From Methylobacter sp. (GTDB taxonomy: Bacteria > Pseudomonadota > Gammaproteobacteria > Methylococcales > Methylomonadaceae), in contig NZ_JAUXVR010000009.1 in NCBI RefSeq assembly GCF_030680395.1, forward strand, positions 39,931 to 103,930: a DNA stretch of 64,000 nt. Direction: 5' to 3'. The notes below the pieces were generated by a model. That model was not told where the DNA came from, made no database searches, and saw only the letters and a program-made list of their open reading frames with translations. The translations under genes and the position numbers were made by a program. Positions 27,000 through 37,015 of this stretch are shown in pieces. Position 1 is the first letter of the stretch; each line of letters starts with the position of its first letter.

Positions 27000-28198
27000 G
27001 CGTTGCCTTACGATTGGCATTGAGGGAAATGCGGCGCAACATCATGCGTTCGGTGCTGACCATGCTGGGCATTATTATCGGCGTTGCCGCGGTGATTGTG
27101 CTGGTTACCCTTGGCAGCGGGGCAACCCGGCAGGTGACGCAACAAATCGCCAATCTGGGCAGTAATCTGTTGATGGTTAGCGTCGGCAAGCGCATGGGAC
27201 CGGGGCAAAGTTCTACGGCCCCGGCCTTCAAATTGGCCGATGCCGAAGCGTTGGCCCGCGAGGTGCCTGCACTGGCCGCAGTGGCGCCGCAAGCATCGTT
27301 CGCCTCCACGGCTATTTTCGCCAATGAAAACTGGGGCACGACCGTGACTGGCAGCACCGAACAGTATTTCACGGTCAATAACCGTCAGTTAGCGGAAGGC
27401 CGTATTTTTACCGGCAGCGAAGCGCGTTCTGGCGCTGCCGTCTGTGTTATCGGCGAAACCGTGCGCGTCAAGTTGTTCGCAGGACAAAGCCCGCTCGGCG
27501 CAAAAATGCGCCTACGGAAACTGTCGTGCGAAATCGTCGGATTACTCAAACCCAAAGGCCAGTCCACTATGGGCAGCGACCAGGACGACATCGTCATTGT
27601 GCCGTTGCGCACTTTTCAGCGCCGGATTGCCGGTAATGACGACGTCAGCCTGATCCAGGTATCGGCCAAGGACGACATATCGACGGATGCGGTTAAACAG
27701 GAGCTGCAGCGGCTGCTACGAATCCGCCGACATTCGTCGGCGGACGAAGACGATAATTTTAATGTGATGGATATGAAAGAGATCGCCGCCATGCTGTCAG
27801 GCACCACACAAATGATGACGGGATTACTTGGAGCTGTAGCGGCGGTGAGTCTGCTGGTCGGCGGTATCGGCATCATGAACATCATGCTGGTGTCGGTTAC
27901 CGAACGCACTCGCGAAATCGGCATCCGCCTTGCCATCGGCGCGCTGGAAAACGAGATATTGCTACAGTTTCTGGTGGAAGCGGTGGTGCTGTCGTCGTCC
28001 GGCGGGTTAATCGGCATTGTGCTGGCGCTGGTTTCTTCCAGTATATTGGCCGCTGTTTTGCAGGTGCCGTTGGTGTTTAATCTACCGGTTATTGCCATCG
28101 CATTTATGTTTTCGGCGACGGTCGGTATCGTGTTCGGCTATGTCCCGGCTCGTAAGGCGGCGCGCATGGATCCGATCGAAGCGTTGCGTCACGAGTAG
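26993..28198 (+). CDS. ABC transporter permease, MacB/FtsX family with periplasmic domain
   Basis: 401 aa. It has an N-terminal TM helix, a large periplasmic domain and a C-terminal FtsX 3-TM bundle (GIGIMNIMLVSVTERTREIGIRLAIGA). Confidence 0.88.
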   Translation: MLGVALRLALREMRRNIMRSVLTMLGIIIGVAAVIVLVTLGSGATRQVTQQIANLGSNLLMVSVGKRMGPGQSSTAPAFKLADAEALAREVPALAAVAPQASFASTAIFANENWGTTVTGSTEQYFTVNNRQLAEGRIFTGSEARSGAAVCVIGETVRVKLFAGQSPLGAKMRLRKLSCEIVGLLKPKGQSTMGSDQDDIVIVPLRTFQRRIAGNDDVSLIQVSAKDDISTDAVKQELQRLLRIRRHSSADEDDNFNVMDMKEIAAMLSGTTQMMTGLLGAVAAVSLLVGGIGIMNIMLVSVTERTREIGIRLAIGALENEILLQFLVEAVVLSSSGGLIGIVLALVSSSILAAVLQVPLVFNLPVIAIAFMFSATVGIVFGYVPARKAARMDPIEALRHE

Positions 28199-28410
28199 CC
28201 CGCAAAGCGGAGGCTGCGGTCATTGCCTGGCAGTTTGATCAACGTTCGAATTGTCCATAATCGCAGCCAACCACTTGATCTTTATCGGTGCCACAAGCCG
28301 CCCCCCCCCTTCTCTCTACCCAAATTTTTAAAGACAATTCTCGGCTCGCCTGTCAAAATCGGAAACATTTCCATTGAACAGATTCGTCATCAAACGGAGC
28401 ACCGTGTGCC

Positions 28411-29634
28411 ATGAAACTCCAACATATCGATATACATAACGCCATTACCGCATTGAGTTGCGCGCTGGATTTAGTCGGCGTTGACGAAGTCAGGCACGGC
28501 AAGCGCGTGGCGATCATGGCCAGGGCGATTGCCCGGCACCTGAACTGGCCGGAAGTTGACTGCCTGTCCATTCTTTACGCCGGTATGCTGCATGATTGCG
28601 GGGTTTCCAGAGTTCATGAGCACCACCAACTCACGGAAACACTGGAATGGGACGGTGCGGAAGATCACTGCATCCGCGGTTCCGATTATTTGTCTGCCTG
28701 TCCGCCGTTGGCGTATTTGTCCGCCGAGATTCGCTACCATCACACCCGCTGGGAAGACCTGCTGGCGTCGCCTGTCGATCATCGCCTTTGCTTGCGCGCC
28801 AATCTGCTGTATCTGGCGGATCGCATCGATATGCTGCAAACGCCTTTCCTGAGCACCGGCCATATACTGACCGAGTATCCGGCGATTATCGCGCAAATCA
28901 AAACGCTGTCCGGCATCTTGTTTGCGCCGGAACTGGTGGATGCCTTTGCCGAAATCGCCGATGTCGAGGCCTTTTGGCTGGCGATGGAACCCGAATATCT
29001 GGATGAAGATTTACGCAGCATCGGTAGCCATATGCCAACGACCCTGCTCGATATTGCTGCGATCAAAGAGCTGGCGCGGCTGTTTTCGCGCGTGGTGGAC
29101 GCCAAATCCCCGTACACCGATGAGCACTCGCAACGGGTGGCGCATATCGCCCGGCAACTGGCTATGGATTTCGGCATTAAAGGTTACGAACTGGAGCAGG
29201 TTGAAATCGCCGGACTGTTGCACGACATCGGCAAATTGCGGGTATCGGAAGACATCATCGACAAACCGAGCAGCCTGACGCCGGAGGAACGGGCCACCAT
29301 GCACCGCCATAGCTACGACACCTTCCGCATCCTGCAACGGGTGTTTGACGACTCGAAGATTCCGCTATGGGCCGGATTCCACCATGAGACTTTGATCGGC
29401 GATGGTTACCCTTTTAAAAACGGCACCAAAGAACTGGACCTGGAATGCCGCATCATTACCGTTGCCGATATTTTCCAGGCCTTAGCGCAAGAACGGCCCT
29501 ATCGCCATACCATGAGCCTTGACTATATTCTCAACGATTTACAGTCGCGCGTTGCCAGCGGCCATCTCGATGCGGGAGTGGTGGCTAAATTGACTGAAAA
29601 TGCAGAGCTTTATTACCGGCTGGCTGTGGCTTGA
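28411..29634 (+). CDS. HD-GYP domain protein (predicted c-di-GMP phosphodiesterase) with an additional degenerate N-terminal HD-type domain
   Basis: The C-terminal domain reads LLHDIGKL...HHETLIGDGYP (HD and HHExxDGxGYP). The N-terminal half has HD (MLHDCGVS) and HHTRWEDL but no GYP motif. Confidence 0.8.
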   Translation: MKLQHIDIHNAITALSCALDLVGVDEVRHGKRVAIMARAIARHLNWPEVDCLSILYAGMLHDCGVSRVHEHHQLTETLEWDGAEDHCIRGSDYLSACPPLAYLSAEIRYHHTRWEDLLASPVDHRLCLRANLLYLADRIDMLQTPFLSTGHILTEYPAIIAQIKTLSGILFAPELVDAFAEIADVEAFWLAMEPEYLDEDLRSIGSHMPTTLLDIAAIKELARLFSRVVDAKSPYTDEHSQRVAHIARQLAMDFGIKGYELEQVEIAGLLHDIGKLRVSEDIIDKPSSLTPEERATMHRHSYDTFRILQRVFDDSKIPLWAGFHHETLIGDGYPFKNGTKELDLECRIITVADIFQALAQERPYRHTMSLDYILNDLQSRVASGHLDAGVVAKLTENAELYYRLAVA

Positions 29635-29805
29635 TACTTTGACTTTTTGAAAAGAAACGATAAGAAAATACTCGAAATCAGAATGTGAGTTGGATTACGC
29701 CCAATGGATGGAGGAGGTAGAACCGCATCTGGAACAGCAATCGAGAATAATGCAGGGCAGTTACCGAGCGGGTAGCGCAACCCAGCCTATGGCGCTGTTC
29801 CCCTG

Positions 29806-29881
29806 CCAACGCTGCTCCGCATAGCGGGAGCAGCGTTGGTTAAGAAACCTTGTTAATTTATGATAAAAATAATTAACAAGG
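29806..29881. terminator. two strong hairpins in the convergent gap after the HD-GYP gene
   Basis: CCAACGCTGCTCCGC-ATA-GCGGGAGCAGCGTTGG has a 15-bp perfect stem (29806-29839). CCTTGTTAATT...AATTAACAAGG follows at 29848-29881. There is no clean T tract. Confidence 0.45.
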
Positions 29882-30009
29882 AAGACGAGAAAAAATCAAC
29901 TAATGTATGTTATGCAACAAATCCAACAAAAAAATCAGGCTGTTGCCGAAAAGCTGACATAAAACCGAATGCAAGCCTGCACATTATTAGCGATTTAACC
30001 GGGTCATTG

Positions 30010-30321
30010 TTATGAATCCGGCATTGCCGCCAGACGGTTCTCCAGTTCGGCGTTGACCAATGCATCGTAATGGCGCTGCAGGATAGAATCGGTAGGACGC
30101 GGAAACAGGGCGGATTCGATTTCGCTTTGCAGATGCGTGAGAAAACTCTGCTTGAGAGTCGATCCCTCAGGGACTGTCAGTTCTGAATTCGAGCAGGAAT
30201 CACTGACGGCATCGGATTGTTGGGGCGCTTTTGGAGAGAACAGCGTGCTGCAACCCAATGGCAAAAAAGCACATGCTGCAATTAAAAGCAAGATCAGGAG
30301 CAACAGAGTAACTTCGAACAT
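30010..30321 (-). CDS. hypothetical small lipoprotein/membrane protein
   Basis: 103 aa with a hydrophobic N-terminus ending in LPLGC (lipobox-like). I recognise no family. Confidence 0.45.
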   Translation of the reverse strand: MFEVTLLLLILLLIAACAFLPLGCSTLFSPKAPQQSDAVSDSCSNSELTVPEGSTLKQSFLTHLQSEIESALFPRPTDSILQRHYDALVNAELENRLAAMPDS

Positions 30322-30523
30322 ATCAATACCTCACTATTATTTGGAAAATGTTAAGTACACACATCAGCTGAATGGTGGTGACTCGACCTTTTATGATGAG
30401 CAATTAAAATGCCATTTATGGGATAGGTGAAGATTTTGATAAACCGTTAGCCAAGCAGTAAAGTTGGGTTGAAACAGTCTCAACCCAACCCCTACCCTGC
30501 CTGGACGAATTAACCGCTGCTTA

Positions 30524-31396
30524 TTATGTATTGCTCAAATTGACTATCAATGCCTGCAATTCGAACTTTGCCGGTGCCTGGTGCGTATGAATCGCGTAAA
30601 CCTGACGGCTGATTCCAGGCTCGCCTAAATAGCGGTAACTGATGTCGCTTGCCTGTTTGGGCAAGGTATATTCAGGCATTAATGCAACGCCGATACCGGC
30701 CTTAACCATCTGCAAAATCCATTCCTCGCTGTTACTCCGGTAAGCGGCGTAAAGATTGATTTCCTGATTTTGACAAATACATTTCAGATCTTCTCTTAAC
30801 TCACAGTTTAGCCGGTCCAGATAAGGCTCTGACTGTATATCTTTCAGATCGACTTTTTTCAATTGATTAAAACGATGGGTAGTGCTGAATGCGACCACAT
30901 AACGTTCTTCGTAAAGCAAGATCGATTGATACGGTGGACCCGGCAATTGTGCCGGAGCGCTGATCACGAGATCCAGCAAGCCTGAATCCAGTTGCTGCAA
31001 TAAACTCGCTTCGCTATCGACGATTAATTCCAATTCGATATTCGGGTATTCTTGCTGATACCACGCCAGACAAGAACTTAGGCGTTGCGCGCCTATCGTC
31101 GTCATCAGGCCGATGCGCAAGGGAATGGTATTTAACCGGGTAAAACGAATCGCTTCCGCTTTGGTTGCCTGAAGGTCTCTATAAATCTTGCGCAGATTGG
31201 ATTCAACCATGCGACCTAACGGCGTTAGCTGGCAACCGGAGCGAGTGCGCGTAAATAATTCCCCGCCCATTTCATCTTCCAGCTTTTTTATGGCCTGTGT
31301 CAAAGACGGTTGCGAGACATAAGTGAGTTGCGCCGCGTGTGTGATTGTTCCTTGATCACAGACTGCCAAAAAATAACGAATTTGCTGCATTTCCAT
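30524..31396 (-). CDS. LysR-family transcriptional regulator
   Basis: The HTH N-terminus reads MEMQQIRYFLAVCDQGTITHAAQLTYVSQPSLTQAIKKLE and is followed by a LysR substrate-binding domain. I prefer the start at 31396 (MEMQQ) over the track's 31474. Confidence 0.88.
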   Translation of the reverse strand: MEMQQIRYFLAVCDQGTITHAAQLTYVSQPSLTQAIKKLEDEMGGELFTRTRSGCQLTPLGRMVESNLRKIYRDLQATKAEAIRFTRLNTIPLRIGLMTTIGAQRLSSCLAWYQQEYPNIELELIVDSEASLLQQLDSGLLDLVISAPAQLPGPPYQSILLYEERYVVAFSTTHRFNQLKKVDLKDIQSEPYLDRLNCELREDLKCICQNQEINLYAAYRSNSEEWILQMVKAGIGVALMPEYTLPKQASDISYRYLGEPGISRQVYAIHTHQAPAKFELQALIVNLSNT

Positions 31397-31780
31397 GAGA
31401 GATGCCCCCTGATATAGAGAAAAGCTATTGTTCCATAGAAAGTCGGTATTATACAAACCTTTATGTTTCAACATAGGATTGCGCTTAATTTTATAAAACG
31501 ATATCAGAAAGCTATGAAAGCAGTAATCTTAAATAAAACCGGATTGGTCGTTTGAAGTGTTAATGAATCGATATTTACAGCGGCAAAAAGTCCGTCATTT
31601 CATCCGCTAAGCTATCCCATCAGAGCAAGAAGCGCGTCCGGAACAATTACTGAGCCATGCATCATATCCATGTCGCCATAAGGTTACTGGCTTGGGTTTC
31701 TTGCTAATCAGGTTAACGATTGCATGATCCGCTTTAGTTGACGATTCTGTTTTCGCTAAAATAAACGAGAGGTTTTAAAC

Positions 31781-32377
31781 ATGAAAAAAAACACCCTGTT
31801 AACCCGCACCTTAGCCGGCAGTTGCCGTGCTTTAGGTTTATTTGGATTATTGGCCGTCGCTTTGCCGTCGGCTGTCTATGCCCATCGCGGGGCGAATAAT
31901 GAAGTCGATGCCTGCAATATTCTGGTGGGTCATGAGCGGGTACACTTTACCGCCTATACACCGGCATTGAGCAATGACAAAGAGTATTGTCAGACAATTC
32001 CGCATCTGGGCTCCACTAATCTGGTATTCGATTATGAAGGCAAAAGCCTGCGTAATTTAACCGTCGAATTTGAAATCACCAAAGAACCGGAAGGAACCCG
32101 GGTTTTCTATCTGGAACCAACAAAGATAAAATCGGGCACAGTGAATGGCGTGGTTGATTTCAGTAAATTCGGCGCAGGTAATTATCTGGCTCATGTTGCG
32201 ATAGTGCATAAAGACAAAAGCATCGATAGCCACATTCCGCTTTCGATAGGTCTTGGGCGAGAAGCTTCAGACTTTTTGCCGATAAAATCGCTATTCATTG
32301 TGACACTTATCGCGGCAGTTGCTTACTTAATGAAACGCGCCGCTGGCAAACATCCACCGAGGCCATCCGATGTTTAA
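31781..32377 (+). CDS. hypothetical secreted protein with C-terminal membrane anchor
   Basis: 198 aa. The signal peptide ends AVYA and the predicted mature N-terminus is His (HRGANNEVD...). A C-terminal TM helix reads LFIVTLIAAVAYL. The gene is divergent from the LysR gene. Confidence 0.5.
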   Translation: MKKNTLLTRTLAGSCRALGLFGLLAVALPSAVYAHRGANNEVDACNILVGHERVHFTAYTPALSNDKEYCQTIPHLGSTNLVFDYEGKSLRNLTVEFEITKEPEGTRVFYLEPTKIKSGTVNGVVDFSKFGAGNYLAHVAIVHKDKSIDSHIPLSIGLGREASDFLPIKSLFIVTLIAAVAYLMKRAAGKHPPRPSDV

Positions 32378-33254
32378 AGACTATCTGAACAAACTGAAAA
32401 CGCCTTCAACTTTCCGAAATAACATTTTTAAATTACTGTTTTTGCTGCCTATTGTTATAACGCTAATAGTTTTTTTTAGCGAAGATAATGACGAGTATTC
32501 TCAAATAGGCAGCGCCTTTTATGATGTAAAAAACACCAATCAACAATGTGCCGCCGGTACGCTCGAAGGAGAAGCTGGCGTCGTCAATGGCGAAGCGACG
32601 CTTGAAGGCATTAAGTACAATATACGCACGCCATTAAATTATGATGCCACTATCGCCCATCCGTTGCTGGTGGTGTTGTCTCCGGCAGGTTCCAACCGGG
32701 CAAAAACCGAGAAAACGACAGCGCTTACGCTGAAAGCGACGACCGCCGGATTTATCGTCGCTTATGCCGATCATCCTGATTTATCGCCTACCTCTACCAT
32801 CGAACTCGGCACTATTCCCGGCTTGATTGCTAAGCAATGGTGTGTTGATAAAGAACGCATTTTTCTTACCGGCCATTCCGACGGCGGTACTGCTGCGATG
32901 GCCTTGGCGTTTATGTCCGGCACCAAGCATATTCCCAAAGCGATTGCACCTAGCGCAGCAGGAATCGATTCTCAGGATTTGCGTGATCACAAATGCCCGG
33001 CTCCGCTTCCTGTGATGATCATGCACAGCGTCAACGATCGCTTGTTTCCGAAGTACGGTCAGCAGTCTTCCGGCTGGTGGGCGACGTGCAATCAATGCGA
33101 ACCTATACCGGAAAAGATTGCCAATGGCTGCATGGCTTATTCCGGTTGTGCTAACGGTGTAAAAACGTGGTATTGCGAAGGCGATAAACCCCATGCGCAG
33201 TGGCCGGGTATTAATGATATTTTGCTGGATTTTTTGGCTGCAGGGGGGCGTTAA
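32370..33254 (+). CDS. alpha/beta-hydrolase, PHB-depolymerase/esterase (LpqC-like) family, membrane anchored
   Basis: It has an N-terminal TM helix and the nucleophile elbow FLTGHSDGGTAAMALA. The start overlaps the upstream stop (ATGTTTAA). Confidence 0.7.
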   Translation: MFKDYLNKLKTPSTFRNNIFKLLFLLPIVITLIVFFSEDNDEYSQIGSAFYDVKNTNQQCAAGTLEGEAGVVNGEATLEGIKYNIRTPLNYDATIAHPLLVVLSPAGSNRAKTEKTTALTLKATTAGFIVAYADHPDLSPTSTIELGTIPGLIAKQWCVDKERIFLTGHSDGGTAAMALAFMSGTKHIPKAIAPSAAGIDSQDLRDHKCPAPLPVMIMHSVNDRLFPKYGQQSSGWWATCNQCEPIPEKIANGCMAYSGCANGVKTWYCEGDKPHAQWPGINDILLDFLAAGGR

Positions 33255-33504
33255 GCGTTACGGACAACAGCTGAGAATCGCAGCCTTTAAGGCTGGTAAT
33301 CATCAACATGTCCTACAAAAGAACAGCTACCTAATGAAAAGGAACTAATCGATAACTGGATGCCCGGTAACAAACCATGCCCGCCACAAGCTGATAATGA
33401 ATTGGCCAGCAAAACCGGCTAATTTAAAGCAGATAAAGTTGATAATAAACCAACAATAACTCATATCAACAAACCTGTTAGACAAGTTTGAGGTGCGCTC
33501 ATTC

Positions 33505-33531
33505 GGGGTGGGTTAGCCCACCCCTTTTTTT
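33505..33531 (+). terminator. canonical intrinsic terminator about 250 nt after the esterase stop
   Basis: GGGGTGGG-TTAG-CCCACCCC followed by T7. Confidence 0.75.
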
Positions 33532-33835
33532 ATATCGATTTTACGAAAATCTATCATGTTCCGTAAACTTTCTATCAAACAATAAGTATTACCTATAGTT
33601 ATCTGAATGGACTGACCAACGAAACCCAACATTCGCGATCGATGGAATCGTGCTTTCGTGATGAATTAACTGCGCGATCAGGAGCATCAATTCCAAAAAC
33701 CCCCGCAATTTTAATTGGCCTATCACCCGTTTTACTGTCACTATCGGATAATGCTGTTGGGCATTACTAACTATTGCGCAACATCAGTTAATAAAAGTTT
33801 TCCAAATCAATCTTAATGGTTATGAGGACACGATT

Positions 33836-34738
33836 ATGAACATACTTATTACCGGCGGTACCGGATTTATTGGCAGTGCATTGGTTAAGAGCTTGGTCGA
33901 TCAAGGCCATGCCGTTACGGTGTTAAGCCGCAGTCCCAATAAGATAGCCGAAATATGCGGTCCGGGCGTTAATGCGCTGGGCAGCCTTGCGCAACTTAAA
34001 GCGGAAGACAGTTATCAGGTCATCATCAATCTTGCCGGTGCGCCGATTGTCGACGCGCGCTGGAGCGAGGCTCGCAAACAGCTGATCCGGAGCAGTCGTA
34101 TCGACCTGACTGAGCACTTGATAACCTGCATCGATCGCATGAGCGTTAAACCCGAGCTGTTAATCAGCGGTTCCGCTATCGGCTATTACGGCGACCAGGG
34201 GGACACGGTGTTAACCGAGCAATCGACTCCCTATGAAGATTTCTCGGCACAGCTTTGCGCCGATTGGGAAGCTGCCGCAAAACAGACCGAACAATTCGGC
34301 GTCAGGGTTTGCCTGATCAGAACCGGCTTGGTCATTGCCGACGGCGGCGGTTTTTTGCAACGGATGTTGCTGCCGTTTCGCTTGGGATTGGGCGGGCGCC
34401 TGGGCGACGGGAAGCAATGGATGTCCTGGGTTCACCGTCGGGACTGGATCAATATTGCACAGACGATGATGGCCGATTCAACGATGCAGGGCGCTTATAA
34501 CGCGACCGCCCCGAATCCTGTCACCAATGCCGAATTCACCCGGATACTGGCGCAATGCCTGAATCGCCCCGCTCTGCTGCCGGTTCCGGCTTGCGTGTTA
34601 AAAAGTCTGCTCGGCGAAATGTCAGAGCTGGTCTTGGGCAGTCAGCGCGTGATCCCGGAACGGCTGCTGACGCAGGGTTTCAAGTTTCAGTACGAGGATC
34701 TTGCTGCGGCGTTAAATGAGGCGTTATCGCATAAATAA
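33836..34738 (+). CDS. TIGR01777/YfcH-type NAD-binding epimerase-family protein (with DUF1731 C-terminus)
   Basis: The N-terminus is a Rossmann motif, MNILITGGTGFIGSAL. Length (300 aa) and C-terminal region are typical of the YfcH/SDR39U1 family. Confidence 0.8.
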   Translation: MNILITGGTGFIGSALVKSLVDQGHAVTVLSRSPNKIAEICGPGVNALGSLAQLKAEDSYQVIINLAGAPIVDARWSEARKQLIRSSRIDLTEHLITCIDRMSVKPELLISGSAIGYYGDQGDTVLTEQSTPYEDFSAQLCADWEAAAKQTEQFGVRVCLIRTGLVIADGGGFLQRMLLPFRLGLGGRLGDGKQWMSWVHRRDWINIAQTMMADSTMQGAYNATAPNPVTNAEFTRILAQCLNRPALLPVPACVLKSLLGEMSELVLGSQRVIPERLLTQGFKFQYEDLAAALNEALSHK

Positions 34739-34744
34739 GCCGAT

Positions 34745-36151
34745 TTACAGAGGCGAATTCATAATTCGCCTCTGCGCCGGATCAATCCGCCCTACAACGG
34801 TCGCTTCCTTAAACCGGGCCTTGGTTAGTTTGCTCTCGAGGCCATGATCGATAATCGGCGCGGGATAACTGCAGGCACTGTGCTTTTTAGCCCATTGATG
34901 AATGGTTTTAGGCGGAAAGGCTTGCAGTTCGGGCAGCCAGCGATAAATGTACCGGCAGTCCTGATCGAATTTAAGTTGCTGGAGCCAGGGATTAAAAATC
35001 CTGAAATACGGTTGTGCATCGCAACCGGTCGAGGCCGCCCATTGCCAGTTGCCGTTATTGACGCAGGGATCGTAATCGACCAGATGCCGGGCAAAATAAC
35101 GCTCGCCCCAGCGCCAGTCGATATGCAGGTCTTTGACCAGAAATGAGGCGGTGATCATGCGCACCCGGTTATGCATGTAACCGGTGGCGTTGAGTTCTCG
35201 CATCCCTGCATCCACTATCGGAAAGCCGGTTTTTCCATCGCACCAGGCTTGAAAATAATCGGGATTGTTATCCCAATGCAGGCCGTTAAACCTTTCCAAA
35301 AAAGCCTGTCCGAAAACCTGCGGAAAGTGATAAGCGATATGGGTGAAAAAGTCGCGCCAATACAGTTGCCGAATCAGCGGATGTTCGCTGCCGAGCCGTT
35401 CGGTAATGGCATAAAATACTTCCCGAACCGAACAGGTACCGAACTTTAAATGTGCGGAAAGTTTGCTGGTCGCATCCAGCGCCGGAAAATCGCGGGTGTT
35501 TTGATAATCGGCGTAATCGCCAAGCCTATCCAGTATCGTCAGCGACTGATCACGCCCGCCTTTGATTGCGGGTTCCGTGAGCGATACATTGAGCTGATCG
35601 ATGGTAAATTCAGAAGCGGCCGCTAAAAAATTATGCCTAACCAAAGCTTCCGGCAAGGCAACCGGAAACTGTTTGGCATTGTTATAAAACGCCGTAAATA
35701 CTTTATAAGGCGTTTTATCAATTTTTACAGCCTGCTCCGGTTCATTAAGCAGGCTATCGGGGAGCTTATGCAGTGCAATACCCAGCTGTTCGCAAACAGT
35801 TGCCAGCTCATCATCACGCCGCCGACTGAAAGGCGTGTAATCGCGATTGATAAACACGGCTTGTACCTGTTGCTGTTGGACCAGCTGCTTTACGACCTGC
35901 TCCGGCAGTGCATGATAAAGCGCCAGTTTGCCGCCTACCGACTGCAACTGCCGCTGAAGATCTTGAATGGACTGCAACATAAACTGCAAGCCCGGTTTGC
36001 TTTGGTAAGGATGCGGCTCAATCTGCCGGGGATCGAAAATAAAGCAGGGAATCACCTGCCATGAAAGTCGCAAGGCTTCAAGCAAGGCGGTATTGTCTTC
36101 AAGACGCAGGTCACGACGGAATATGAACAATGAAGTCGAGTAAGCGGTCAT
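34745..36151 (-). CDS. phr: deoxyribodipyrimidine photolyase / cryptochrome-photolyase family protein
   Basis: 468 aa. The N-terminus reads LFIFRRDLRLEDNTAL. The FAD-binding C-terminal signature reads WRDFF...GYMHNRVRM...LVDYD...NNGNWQWAASTG.DAQPYFRIFNP. Confidence 0.88.
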   Translation of the reverse strand: MTAYSTSLFIFRRDLRLEDNTALLEALRLSWQVIPCFIFDPRQIEPHPYQSKPGLQFMLQSIQDLQRQLQSVGGKLALYHALPEQVVKQLVQQQQVQAVFINRDYTPFSRRRDDELATVCEQLGIALHKLPDSLLNEPEQAVKIDKTPYKVFTAFYNNAKQFPVALPEALVRHNFLAAASEFTIDQLNVSLTEPAIKGGRDQSLTILDRLGDYADYQNTRDFPALDATSKLSAHLKFGTCSVREVFYAITERLGSEHPLIRQLYWRDFFTHIAYHFPQVFGQAFLERFNGLHWDNNPDYFQAWCDGKTGFPIVDAGMRELNATGYMHNRVRMITASFLVKDLHIDWRWGERYFARHLVDYDPCVNNGNWQWAASTGCDAQPYFRIFNPWLQQLKFDQDCRYIYRWLPELQAFPPKTIHQWAKKHSACSYPAPIIDHGLESKLTKARFKEATVVGRIDPAQRRIMNSPL

Positions 36152-36211
36152 CGAGGCCTTTTTTAAAAACAGCGGAAAAGATATTGAACGAGGATGTTAA
36201 CCCTTAAACTT

Positions 36212-36640
36212 TCACTCTATAACATGCGCCTGTTGCAGTTGCGAACGGAGCCTTTCTACCCGTTTGCGATTAACCCCGAAATCGCCGTAACCGGTACGCG
36301 AGGCGGAACGGATATGAATTAACCCGGCTTTTGTATCCAGTATCGCGTCTATATCATCGACAAAGCGAAACACCAGACTGGTTGCCTGGGCATGAAGCGT
36401 GCCGCCGGCTTCGTCGGTGATCACCGTGCGACTTTGACTGATCAGGGCTGTTTTTAGCGCTGCCCAAGCCTCGTCAACATTACCGGTGATTTTAAACGGC
36501 GCAATAACATGCTCGGGGTCTGTAGCCTGGCTTGAAACACAGTTCGGGCTGCTTGGACAAGGGGGTAATTGCTTTTCTGATGCCTGAGTTGCGGTGCTTA
36601 GCGTCATAACGATAATATAAAAAATGGTTTTAAACTTCAT
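36212..36640 (-). CDS. DUF1499-family protein (secreted)
   Basis: It has a signal peptide (MKFKTIFYIIVMTLSTATQA) and the PPCPSSPNCVSSQA motif typical of DUF1499. The start is set at 36640. Confidence 0.7.
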   Translation of the reverse strand: MKFKTIFYIIVMTLSTATQASEKQLPPCPSSPNCVSSQATDPEHVIAPFKITGNVDEAWAALKTALISQSRTVITDEAGGTLHAQATSLVFRFVDDIDAILDTKAGLIHIRSASRTGYGDFGVNRKRVERLRSQLQQAHVIE

Positions 36641-36934
36641 CAGTGTAACCCTTAAAAAGATTTGTGACATCGGACATTTCTGATGACTGCCTGCCGGAAC
36701 CGGGATAGCAACACATTTACTTGTCTTTACGATTTAAGTGCAACCTCCTCTGTATACAGCGTAAACCCCGACATTTTGACGGAGAACGTAGCGGCTGCTC
36801 ACCCGCGCCACCCACCCTAAAACAAGCAGACCAAACGCCGGAAAGAACGGGATTGAGCACCGGGGTTTATTTAGGTTCCATAGCATCATTGTAAACGCTA
36901 CACCAAGACCGGATGGCACGACTACGCATCATGA

Positions 36935-37015
36935 TCAGCTTTTATACCTCAACAACACCAATATCAAAACAGTGCCCCAGATATTAATCAATAATTCGGA
37001 TATTTGATATTCCAT
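36935..37015 (-). CDS. candidate 26-aa hydrophobic small protein
   Basis: I read this myself. The peptide is MEYQISELLINIWGTVLILVLLRYKS-stop. It is preceded by a perfect AAGGAG (37021-37026) with a 5-nt spacer. I have no homology evidence. Confidence 0.3.
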   Translation of the reverse strand: MEYQISELLINIWGTVLILVLLRYKS

